DNA of 32,000 nt, taken from positions 62,324 to 94,323 of the forward strand of contig NZ_CP046206.1 of the NCBI RefSeq assembly GCF_012570145.1, read 5' to 3'. Below, in pieces: positions 8,456 through 17,347 of this stretch. Source of the stretch: Enterobacteriaceae endosymbiont of Donacia provostii (lineage in GTDB: Bacteria; Pseudomonadota; Gammaproteobacteria; Enterobacterales; Enterobacteriaceae). Each line of letters opens with the position of its first letter. Position 1 is the first letter of the stretch. The translations under genes were made by a program, and so were the position numbers. Below the pieces are notes generated by a model that was not told where the DNA came from, did not search any database, and saw nothing but the letters and a program-made list of their open reading frames with translations.

Positions 8456-10006
8456 ATGATGATAATTGGAATACCAAAAGAAAAATATTTTGAAGAAAAA
8501 AGAGTAGCAATGATTCCTTCAAATATTAAAAAATTAATTAAACTAGGTTTTAGAATATATCTTGAAAAAGGTGCTGGTATTAATTCATTTTTTAGTGATC
8601 AAGAATATGAAAATAATGGAGCAAGAATTGTAGAAAATAAAGAAATTTGGGATGCAAATATAATAATTAAAATTCATCCTCTTGATAAAGAGGAAATTAA
8701 ATTAATAAAGAATGATAGTATATTAATTAGTTTTGTTTGGCCATATAAAAATAAAGATTTATTAAATATTTTAGCTGAAAAAAATATTACTACTATTGCA
8801 ATGGATGCAATACCTAGAATTTCTAGAGCTCAAGCTTTTGATGCTTTAAGTTCAATGAATAATTTATCTGGTTATAGAAGTATAATAGAATCAATTAATT
8901 TATTAGGAAGAACTTTAAATGGACAAATTACTGCTGCAGGTAAGATATTACCTGCTAAAGTTATGGTAGTAGGTGCAGGAGTTGCAGGATTATCAGCAAT
9001 TGGTACAGCAAAAAGTTTAGGAGCTATTGTCATAGCTTTTGATACAAGAAAAGAAGTAGAAGAACAAATTAAAAGTATGGGTGCTGAATTTTTAAAATTA
9101 AAAGATCAAGAAGAAGATAGTATTCATGAATATAAAACTCATTCATCTCAGAAAAAATCACAATTAATACAAGAATCTTTTAATAAGGTAGTTAAAAAAA
9201 CAGATATTATTATTACTACAGCAATGATTCCTAATAAAAAAGCACCTATTTTAATTACAAAAAAAATGATTCAATTAATGAAACCAGGAAGTATAATTTT
9301 TGATCTTGCAATTGAACATGGGGGTAATTGTGAAATAACACAAAAAGATAAAATTATTATTACTGATAATAATATTAAAATTATAGGTTTTACAAATTTA
9401 CCTAGTAGAGTAGCTCCTCAAGCTTCTCAATTATATAGTACAAATATTATTAATTTAATTAATCTATTATCTAAAAATCATTTTGGTTCAATAAATATTA
9501 ATTTAAAAGACGAAATTATTAGAAATATGACTGTAACTTATAATAATAAGGTTATATGGCCAGCACCAAAAGTTCAATCATCCAAAATAAAAAATAAGAT
9601 GAAAAAAATAAATGATTTTAAAAATAAAAAAAATGTTTCTAAAAAAAAACATAGTAAATGTTTTTTAAAAAATAAATATTTTTTATATATTATAGGATTA
9701 TTTAGCACATACTATATGACTGAATCTCTTCCTTATGAAGTTATACCCCATTTTATAATTTTTTTATTATCTTGTATAATAGGTTATTATGTAGTATGGA
9801 ATGTAAGTCATACATTACATACTCCTTTAATGTCTGTTACAAATGCTATTTCTGGTATTATTATTATTGGTTCTATTTTACAACTTAATTATAATTATAG
9901 TATTACAATTTTATTAGCATTTTTAGGAACATTATTATCAAGTATTAATATTTTTGGAGGATTAACTATTACTCAACGTATGTTAAAAATGTTTTTTAAA
10001 AACTAG
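8456..10006 (+). CDS. pntA: NAD(P) transhydrogenase subunit alpha
   Basis: 516 aa, collinear with E. coli PntA (GIPKE, PRISRAQAFDALSSM, VMVVGAGVAGL, C-terminal TM block YYVVWNVSHTLHTPLMSVTNAISGI). The start could be the second ATG at 8459. The gene ends in TAG. Confidence 0.95.
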   Translation: MMIIGIPKEKYFEEKRVAMIPSNIKKLIKLGFRIYLEKGAGINSFFSDQEYENNGARIVENKEIWDANIIIKIHPLDKEEIKLIKNDSILISFVWPYKNKDLLNILAEKNITTIAMDAIPRISRAQAFDALSSMNNLSGYRSIIESINLLGRTLNGQITAAGKILPAKVMVVGAGVAGLSAIGTAKSLGAIVIAFDTRKEVEEQIKSMGAEFLKLKDQEEDSIHEYKTHSSQKKSQLIQESFNKVVKKTDIIITTAMIPNKKAPILITKKMIQLMKPGSIIFDLAIEHGGNCEITQKDKIIITDNNIKIIGFTNLPSRVAPQASQLYSTNIINLINLLSKNHFGSININLKDEIIRNMTVTYNNKVIWPAPKVQSSKIKNKMKKINDFKNKKNVSKKKHSKCFLKNKYFLYIIGLFSTYYMTESLPYEVIPHFIIFLLSCIIGYYVVWNVSHTLHTPLMSVTNAISGIIIIGSILQLNYNYSITILLAFLGTLLSSINIFGGLTITQRMLKMFFKN

Positions 10007-10019
10007 GGAGAATTTATAA

Positions 10020-11417
10020 ATGTTTGATAGGTCATTAATATTTACATATACTATATCAGCAATTTTATTTATATTAAGTATTGCAAGTCTTTCGAAAAAA
10101 GAAACCTCTAAAAAGGGTAATATATTTGCTATTAATGGTATGCTTATAGCAATAATTATAACTATATTAAAAGCACAAGTTAATAATATTGGATATATAT
10201 TAGGAGCAATTTTTTTAGGTGCATTTATAGGTATAAGTATTTCTAAAAAAATTGATATGACTAAAATGCCTCAATTAATTGCAATATTACATAGTTGTGT
10301 AGGATTAACTGCAGTTCTTGTAGGATTTAATAATTATTTGTTATTAATATATGAAAAAAGTATTTTTCATAAAAATATAGGTATGCAATTAATAGAAATA
10401 TTTTTTAGTATTTTTATAGGTTCTGTTACTTTAATAGGTTCTATACTTGCTTTTAATAAATTATCTGGATTTATTAAATCAAAAACTTTAAATTTAAAAT
10501 TTAAAAATCAAATTAATTTATTAATATTATTAATATCATTTATTTTAATGTTAATTTTTTTAAATACTAATAATATAAAGTTACAAATCATTGTTTTAGG
10601 ATTAATATTCTTAATTTCATTAATATTTGGTTTTCATTTAATAATGAGTATTGGTGGTGCAGATATGCCTGTAGTAATATCAATGTTAAATTCTTATTCT
10701 GGATGGGCAGCAGCATCTTCAGGATTTATGTTAACTAATGATTTATTAATTATAACAGGTGCATTAGTTGGTTCTTCAGGTGCTATTTTATCTTATTTAA
10801 TGTGTAAAGGTATGAATAGATCATTTTTTAATGTATTACTTGGTAGTAATAAGAAAATTAATAATAAGAATATTAACTCTGAAGAAAATATACAAAATTA
10901 TAAAGAAATATCTATTGATAATACAGTAGAAATATTAAAAAGTTCAAATAATATTATTATTGTTCCTGGATATGGATTAGCTGTTTCACAAGCACAATAT
11001 CCATTATCTGAGATAGTAAATAAATTAACTCAATTAAATATAAAAGTTAGATTTGCTATTCATCCTGTAGCTGGACGTTTACCAGGACATATGAATGTTT
11101 TATTAGCTGAAGCTAATATACCATATAATATGGTATATGAAATGGATGATATTAATAAAGATTTTACTAATACAGATACCGTATTAGTAATAGGAGCTAA
11201 TGATATAGTTAATCCATTAGCACAAGAAGATATTGATAGTCCAATATCAGGAATGCCAATTTTAGAAGTATGGAAAGCTAATAATATTATTATTTTTAAA
11301 AGAAGCATGAATCAAGGATATGCTGGGATTAATAATCCTTTATTTTATCAAGACAATAGTTATATGTTGTTTGGAGATGCAAAAAATTCTATAAATCAAA
11401 TCTTAAAAAAAATTTAA
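10020..11417 (+). CDS. pntB: NAD(P) transhydrogenase subunit beta
   Basis: 465 aa. The N-terminal half is multi-TM. The C-terminal NADP(H) domain carries VPGYGLAVSQAQ, AIHPVAGRLPGHMNVLLAEA and VIGANDIVNP. A GGGAGA Shine-Dalgarno sequence lies just upstream. Confidence 0.95.
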   Translation: MFDRSLIFTYTISAILFILSIASLSKKETSKKGNIFAINGMLIAIIITILKAQVNNIGYILGAIFLGAFIGISISKKIDMTKMPQLIAILHSCVGLTAVLVGFNNYLLLIYEKSIFHKNIGMQLIEIFFSIFIGSVTLIGSILAFNKLSGFIKSKTLNLKFKNQINLLILLISFILMLIFLNTNNIKLQIIVLGLIFLISLIFGFHLIMSIGGADMPVVISMLNSYSGWAAASSGFMLTNDLLIITGALVGSSGAILSYLMCKGMNRSFFNVLLGSNKKINNKNINSEENIQNYKEISIDNTVEILKSSNNIIIVPGYGLAVSQAQYPLSEIVNKLTQLNIKVRFAIHPVAGRLPGHMNVLLAEANIPYNMVYEMDDINKDFTNTDTVLVIGANDIVNPLAQEDIDSPISGMPILEVWKANNIIIFKRSMNQGYAGINNPLFYQDNSYMLFGDAKNSINQILKKI

Positions 11418-11422
11418 TAAAA

Positions 11423-11461
11423 AAGTTTACTCATTGTATATTAAAATACTAGAGTAAACTT
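11423..11461. terminator. Hairpin between convergent pntB and fnr (candidate bidirectional terminator)
   Basis: AAGTTTACTC (11423..11432) and GAGTAAACTT (11452..11461) form a perfect 10-bp stem. It is flanked by an A-run and a T-rich stretch. Confidence 0.5.
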
Positions 11462-11475
11462 AATATATATTTATA

Positions 11476-12183
11476 TTAATTAATTAAATTAATTAATTTT
11501 AAATAATTATCAATTATAATATGTTTACCACGAATTATTAATATTTTACTTTTTTTTAATTTACTTAAAATACGACTAATAGTTTCAACTGTAATTCCTA
11601 AATAGTTACCAATATCACTTCTAGTCATAGATAAAAAAAATTCTTTATGTGAATATCCTCTTATTTTTAATTTTTTAGATAAATCATATATAAATGTAGC
11701 TAATTTTATTTCTGCTTTTTTTCTAGATAAAAGTGATATAAAATATAAATTTATTTTAATTTCTTTACTCATTAATTTTATTATTTTATATCCTAAAGAA
11801 GGAATTTGAAAAATAATCTTATTAAATTTTGATAAAGATACTTCACATAAAGTTGATGTTTCTAATGCTTTAATAAAATTACTATAAATTCCATTATAGA
11901 TACTATCTAAACCGATTAAATCACCTTTAAAATAAAACTTAATTATTTGTTCATTTCCTTGTTTAGTAAAATTATAAGTTTTAATAGTTCCTGATTGTAT
12001 AGTATATAAAGAAATCATTTTTTCTTTTGCTCTAAATAATATTTCTCCTTTATGGACTAATTTTTTTTTTTTTAAAATTGTAATAAATTTTTTATATTTA
12101 AAAAATATACATAATTTATATGTTAAACAATTTTTACAATTACTATTCATATTTTTTACATTATATTTTTGTTTCAGAATCAT
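11476..12183 (-). CDS. fnr: FNR-type (Crp/Fnr family) oxygen-responsive transcription regulator
   Basis: 235 aa. The N terminus has C-x2-C-x5-C (CKNCLTYKLC), and a fourth Cys sits in TLCEVS (E. coli MVCEIP). The helix-turn-helix TRSDIGNYLGITVETISRIL is near-identical to the E. coli FNR helix-turn-helix. Confidence 0.88.
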   Translation of the reverse strand: MILKQKYNVKNMNSNCKNCLTYKLCIFFKYKKFITILKKKKLVHKGEILFRAKEKMISLYTIQSGTIKTYNFTKQGNEQIIKFYFKGDLIGLDSIYNGIYSNFIKALETSTLCEVSLSKFNKIIFQIPSLGYKIIKLMSKEIKINLYFISLLSRKKAEIKLATFIYDLSKKLKIRGYSHKEFFLSMTRSDIGNYLGITVETISRILSKLKKSKILIIRGKHIIIDNYLKLINLIN

Positions 12184-12308
12184 GTTGTGTTCTCTGAAAT
12201 TAAAAAATAAAAAATATTTTAATTAAAATATAATTAATATATATTGATTATATTTTAAATTTTAATTTTAAATGTTTTATAATATTATAAATTTTTATAT
12301 AAAAAAAA

Positions 12309-14816
12309 TTATAATCTTTTTACTGGAGATGTAGCATATTTTTTAGCTGCATGAGCTCCAGCACCTTTTTTATTATTTAAATGAAATGATGAATTAATAA
12401 ATTTATTATTATAATTATTTGTAAAATTATTTTGTATTTTTTTATTATTTGTTAATATACAGTCTTTATATATTTTTTTTTTATTTATAAAATTATTATT
12501 TTTTATATTTCTATTATGATTATTTATAACATCGGAAATAGTTATATAAGTTTTAGATATTAAATTTTTTTTAGTTTTAAATTTAACTTTATTTAATAGA
12601 ATTTTATTTATTTTAACTGAATTTTTAAATTTATTAAAACCTATTTTATTTTCTATAGAAATATTAGATATATTATTTTTTTTATTATTAGAAATATTAA
12701 TAAATTTATTAAAATTATTTTGTATATATTGTTTATTATATAGTAAATTACTATAATTATTTTTAGTTTTTAAAAATTTTTTTGATTTTATACAATTAGA
12801 TGAATTATTATTTTCTTTTTTATTTTTAATAATTATATTATTATATATTTTATATAACTTAAATTTTTTATTTTTTGATTTAATATCAAAAATTGAAAAA
12901 ATTTTTTTTGTATAAAAAGGTATTTTTTTTTTTTGTATATTTAAATAAATGGATTGTAAAGGATAATTTGTATTTTTTTTGAATTTTTTTTTTTTATTAC
13001 AAATAAAAATTTTTTTATAATTATTTAAAAAAAATTTATTTATAATAAAAATTTTTTGTATACAAATTTGTATAATCTTTTTAAAATAAAAAATTTCTTT
13101 TTGGAGAAAATTTAAAAATATATTTTTTTTTTTAAAAAATAAAAAAACTAAATTACATCTATTAAAAATAGAAAAATCTTCTTTATTAAAAAGAAATTCA
13201 TTATATGTACTTAATTTTTGTATTTTTTTATTTTCATGAATAATATTTTGTAAAAACTTATTTTTTAAAATATTAATATTATTTTTACTTGAATTTAATT
13301 TTTGTAATATATTTTTAATATAAAATATATTTTTTTTATCTTCACCATGTTTAACACGTAAAATTGAATAATTAGGTGTATCTAATTTAGAATTTGGTAT
13401 AATAAATGTTCTAATTTGTCTATTTTCAATAGCATTTACTGCTTCTCTTTTTTCATTTAATAAATATGAAGCTATTTTTACAGGAACTATAGCATATACT
13501 TCTTTAGTATTTTTTTTAAAAGATTCTTCTTCTATTAATCTTAAAATAGATAATGATAAAGATTTATTATCTCTTAATGTACCATGTCCTAGACATCGAG
13601 GACATAAATAATAACTAGATTCTTTTAAAGAAGATCTTAATCTTTGACGAGACATTTCTAATAATCCAAATTTTGAAATATTACTAATTTGAATTTTAGC
13701 TCTATCATGACGAATATTTTCTAGTAATTTTTTTTCAACAGCTTTTTTATTTTTTAAAATAGACATATCGATAAAATCTATTACTATTAATCCTCCTACA
13801 TCACGTAATCTTAATTGTCTAATAATTTCATCTGCAGCTTCTAAATTAATATTTAATGCTGTTTCTTCTATATCAATTCCTTTTGTAGCTTTTGATGAAT
13901 TAACATCTACTGATGTTAATGCTTCTGTTGTATCAATAACAATTGAACCACCTGAAAATAAACGTACTTCTCTTTGAAAAGCAGTTTCAATTTGAGATTC
14001 TATTTGATAATGACTAAACAATGGGATACTACCTTTGTATAATCTAATTTTATTATATAAATCTGATCTACCTAAAATATTAATATGTTTTTTTGCTAAC
14101 TTTAAAATTTTTAAATTATCTATTAATATTTCACTTATATCATGATATAAATAATCACGTAATGCTCTAATAATAATATTACCTTCTTGATGTATTAAAA
14201 AAGGAGCTGATTTTTTTTTAGCAATTTTTTTAATTATTTCCCAATGTTTTAATCTAAATTGTAAATCTGACTTAAGTGTTTCTATATTTTGTCCTAAACC
14301 AGCTGTACGTATAATTAAACTCATATTATCTGGTAGTAATAATAATGATAAAATTTTTTTTAAATTTCTTCTTTCTTCTCCTTCTATTTTTCTAGATATT
14401 CCATTAGAATTAGAACTATTAGGCATTAAAACTAAATAACTACCAGCTAAACTAATAAATGTTGTTAAAGATGCACCCTTTTTACCCCTCTCTTCTTTAT
14501 TAATCTGTACAATAATTTCTTTACCAATTAAGTAATCTTTAAAATTTATTTTATTATAAAAATTTTCATAATAATTATTTGGTAAATATTCTTCCGTAAT
14601 TTCCTTAATGGGTAGAAAACCATGTTTATCTACTCCATAATCAACAAAAACAGCTTCTAAACTTGGTTCAATACGTGTAATTTTTCCTTTATATATATTA
14701 GATTTTTTTTGCTTATGATTAGAATTTTCTATATCTAAATCATATAATCTTTGTCCATCTACTAGAGCAACACGTAATTCTTCGTGTTGAGTAGCATTTA
14801 TTAACATTCTTTTCAT
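12309..14816 (-). CDS. rne: Ribonuclease E
   Basis: 835 aa. The N-terminal catalytic half is conserved (MKRMLINATQHEELRVALVDGQRLYDLDIE, VDVNSSKATKG, GGLIVIDFIDM, Zn-link CPRCLGHG). The C-terminal roughly 330 aa is K/N/I-rich low complexity. Confidence 0.95.
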   Translation of the reverse strand: MKRMLINATQHEELRVALVDGQRLYDLDIENSNHKQKKSNIYKGKITRIEPSLEAVFVDYGVDKHGFLPIKEITEEYLPNNYYENFYNKINFKDYLIGKEIIVQINKEERGKKGASLTTFISLAGSYLVLMPNSSNSNGISRKIEGEERRNLKKILSLLLLPDNMSLIIRTAGLGQNIETLKSDLQFRLKHWEIIKKIAKKKSAPFLIHQEGNIIIRALRDYLYHDISEILIDNLKILKLAKKHINILGRSDLYNKIRLYKGSIPLFSHYQIESQIETAFQREVRLFSGGSIVIDTTEALTSVDVNSSKATKGIDIEETALNINLEAADEIIRQLRLRDVGGLIVIDFIDMSILKNKKAVEKKLLENIRHDRAKIQISNISKFGLLEMSRQRLRSSLKESSYYLCPRCLGHGTLRDNKSLSLSILRLIEEESFKKNTKEVYAIVPVKIASYLLNEKREAVNAIENRQIRTFIIPNSKLDTPNYSILRVKHGEDKKNIFYIKNILQKLNSSKNNINILKNKFLQNIIHENKKIQKLSTYNEFLFNKEDFSIFNRCNLVFLFFKKKNIFLNFLQKEIFYFKKIIQICIQKIFIINKFFLNNYKKIFICNKKKKFKKNTNYPLQSIYLNIQKKKIPFYTKKIFSIFDIKSKNKKFKLYKIYNNIIIKNKKENNNSSNCIKSKKFLKTKNNYSNLLYNKQYIQNNFNKFINISNNKKNNISNISIENKIGFNKFKNSVKINKILLNKVKFKTKKNLISKTYITISDVINNHNRNIKNNNFINKKKIYKDCILTNNKKIQNNFTNNYNNKFINSSFHLNNKKGAGAHAAKKYATSPVKRL

Positions 14817-15165
14817 AATAACTTACTCATTTATTTTAAACTGATTAATATTTTTATAAAAAATATAAAAATAATATAATAAGAAAATTATATTTAATCT
14901 TTTATGAATAAATTTAAATTTTAAAAATTAATTATTCGAAAATAATAAAATATATTTTATGATTATTTACAACTTTAAAGAAAATTCTATAAAATTTTTT
15001 CTAAAAATATTGATTTTATGAAAATTTTTATAAAAATTATTTATTAAATTAATAATAACATAAATTTTAATTTTCAAAAAATCATTTTATATAAAAAATA
15101 TATTATATATATTAAATTTTTTAGATTATTATTAATAAAATATAAAATATTTTATAGAAAAAATA

Positions 15166-16098
15166 ATGAAAAACCAAAAAATTATTGTATCTTCTATTAT
15201 TGATCAACAAAGAATAGATAATTTTTTAATTAAAAAATTTAAAACAGTTCCTAAAAGTTTAATATATAGATTATTAAGAATTGGAAAAATAAAAATTAAT
15301 AATAAAAAAGTTTTTCCAAATTTTAAAATTAAATATAAGGATATAATTATATTACCTTATATATATAAAAAAAATATAAAAAAAATTAAAAATAAATTAA
15401 ATATAAAAAAAACAGAATTTTTAAAAAAAATTATTCTTTTTGAAGATAAATATATTTTAGCTATCAATAAACCTTCTGGAATAGCAGTTCATGGAGGTAG
15501 TGGTATTAATAATGGTATTATAGAAAATTATAGATTTTTATTTAAAAAAAATTTTTTTTTAGAACTTATTCATAGAATTGATAAAGAAACATCTGGTGTT
15601 TTACTTATGGCTAAAAAAAGATCAGTATTAAAAATATTACAAAAACAATTAAGAGAAAAAAAAATGAAAAAAGAATATATTGCATTAGTAAAAGGTAATT
15701 GTTTAAATAAAAAATATATTTATATTAAAAATTTTTTATTAAAAAATTTTTTAAATAAAAAAATAAAAGTTAAAATAGATAAAAAAGGAAAATTATCAGA
15801 AACTAAATTTAAAGTTATAAAAAACTATAAAAATTTTATGTTAACTAAAATAAAACCAATTACAGGTAGAACACATCAGATTAGAGTACATATGTCGTAT
15901 TTAAATTATCCTATAATCAATGATGAAAGATATGGTAATAATAATATTAATTTAAAATTTAAAAAAAAATTTCATATAAATAGATTATTTTTACATGCTA
16001 AAAAAATAAAATTTATACATCCTATAAGTAATAAAAAAATTATAATTTGTGCTCCATTAGATCAAAAATTAAACAATTGTTTACTTAAATTAAAATAA
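15166..16098 (+). CDS. rluC: 23S rRNA pseudouridine synthase C (RluA family)
   Basis: 310 aa. It has an N-terminal S4-like domain, the catalytic motif HRIDKETSGVLLMAK, and GRTHQIRVH. It is divergent from rne, as in E. coli. Confidence 0.88.
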   Translation: MKNQKIIVSSIIDQQRIDNFLIKKFKTVPKSLIYRLLRIGKIKINNKKVFPNFKIKYKDIIILPYIYKKNIKKIKNKLNIKKTEFLKKIILFEDKYILAINKPSGIAVHGGSGINNGIIENYRFLFKKNFFLELIHRIDKETSGVLLMAKKRSVLKILQKQLREKKMKKEYIALVKGNCLNKKYIYIKNFLLKNFLNKKIKVKIDKKGKLSETKFKVIKNYKNFMLTKIKPITGRTHQIRVHMSYLNYPIINDERYGNNNINLKFKKKFHINRLFLHAKKIKFIHPISNKKIIICAPLDQKLNNCLLKLK

Positions 16099-16188
16099 TA
16101 AAATATTTTATATATATTAAATATGATATAATAAAATAAAATTATATTTATATATAAATAATATCTTTTTATATAAAGGTAATCATCA

Positions 16189-16365
16189 ATGGCTGTTCAA
16201 AAACATAAAAAATCAAGATCTAAAAGAGGAATGAGACGTTCTCAAGATAAATTATTGAAAAATAAATTTTTATTAATTAATAAAAAAACTGGAAAAAAAT
16301 ATTTATATCATCATTTAACTGATGATGGATTTTATAGAGGTAAAAAAATTATAAATAACAATTAA
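16189..16365 (+). CDS. rpmF: 50S ribosomal protein L32
   Basis: Not in the ORF track (58 aa). I translated it by hand as MAVQKHKKSRSKRGMRRSQDKLLKNKFLLINKKTGKKYLYHHLTDDGFYRGKKIINNN. E. coli L32 reads MAVQQNKPTRSKRGMRSHD...HHITADGYYRGRKVI. An AAGG Shine-Dalgarno sequence lies about 9 nt upstream. Confidence 0.93.
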   Translation: MAVQKHKKSRSKRGMRRSQDKLLKNKFLLINKKTGKKYLYHHLTDDGFYRGKKIINNN

Positions 16366-16386
16366 TAATTAAATATATTTTAAAAA

Positions 16387-17339
16387 ATGAAAAAATTTGT
16401 TGCTGTATTTCCTGGACAAGGAATTCAATTTATTGGTATGTTATCTGATTTATATAAAAAATTTAAAATTATACAAGAAACGTTTTCTTCAGCTTCAGAA
16501 ATATTAGGATATGATTTATGGTATCTTATAAATAAAGGTCCATTAGAAAAATTAAATAAAACTTATTATACACAACCTGCTATTTTAGTAGCATCTATAT
16601 CAATATATAATTTATGGTTATATAAAAGTAATCTTTTACCTAATATGGTAACAGGATATAGTTTAGGAGAATATACTGCTATGGTATGTAGTGGTATTAT
16701 TAGTTTTTCTGATGCTATTAAACTAGTAGAATTTAGAGGAAAATTAATGTATGAAATATCATATAATTTAAATGATTTTCATCACGACGGGTATTATATG
16801 CAAACAGTTATCGGATTAAAAAAAAAATTATTAAAAAAATTTGTAATGAAATAAATGAATTTAATAATATTATTTCTATATCAAATTATAATTCATATAA
16901 TAATATTACTATTAGTGGAAATAAATTAGCTGTAAATAAAGCTATAAAAATATTTAAATCTTTAGGTGCATATACAATTCCTATAAATATTGATATTCCT
17001 TCTCATTGTTCTTTAATGAAACCTATATCTATAAAATTCAAAAATTTTTTAAAAAAAATTATTTTTAATAAACCGAAAATTAAATTTATTAAAAATATAA
17101 ATTATAATTGTGAAATATCTAAAGATATTAGAAATTATTTAGTTAAACAATTATATTATCCTGTTAATTGGATTAAATGTATTAAATTAATCAAAAAACA
17201 AAATATATTCAATATAATTGAATTTACTCCTAAAATTTTACTTAAAACAATATCAAAACAAATTAAAAATGATTTAAATATAAATTCTATTTATAATAAA
17301 AAAACATTTTTTTTAACATTAAACAAATATAAAATTTAA
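16387..17339 (+). pseudogene. fabD: Malonyl-CoA:ACP transacylase interrupted by one frameshift in a poly(A) tract (pseudogene, or rescued by slippage)
   Basis: Track ORFs 16387..16854 and 17016..17339 are the two ends of FabD. The second frame is open from 16776. Read through the gap it gives IIKKICNEINEFNNIISISNYNSYNNITISGNKLAVNKA...IPSHCSLMKP, collinear with E. coli IAKACEEAAEGQVVSPVNFNSPGQVVIAGHKEAVERA...VPSHCALMKP. The frames switch at the A10 run 16818..16827. Confidence 0.85.
16818..16827 (+). repeat. A10 homopolymer at the fabD frameshift site
   Basis: I counted it directly: ggatt-aaaaaaaaaa-ttatt. One extra A (or two fewer) would fuse the two fabD frames as ...VIGLKKKIIKKICNE... Confidence 0.9.
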
Positions 17340-17347
17340 AAAAAAAT

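Noticed and set aside
11060-11308. An 82-aa antisense ORF inside pntB. Similar antisense ORFs occur at 22230..22421 (in ptsG), 24036..24242 (in gapA) and 25204..25437 (in sppA).
   Set aside because: Each sits opposite the most conserved, least AT-rich part of a well-supported gene. None has a recognisable motif or a Shine-Dalgarno sequence. They look like typical shadow ORFs.
12309-13316. Repeat-like, low-complexity DNA in the 3' half of rne, which might be a tandem repeat array or a degraded mobile element
   Set aside because: It is one continuous open frame joined to the RNase E catalytic domain. I could find no unit periodicity and no terminal inverted repeats. It is compositional low complexity (K/N/I codons).
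16387-17339. Treating 16387..16854 and 17016..17339 as two separate genes with a 160-bp spacer
   Set aside because: The 'spacer' translates in the second frame into the middle of FabD (ISISNYNSYNNITISGNKLAVNKA), collinear with E. coli. It is therefore one gene with one frameshift.
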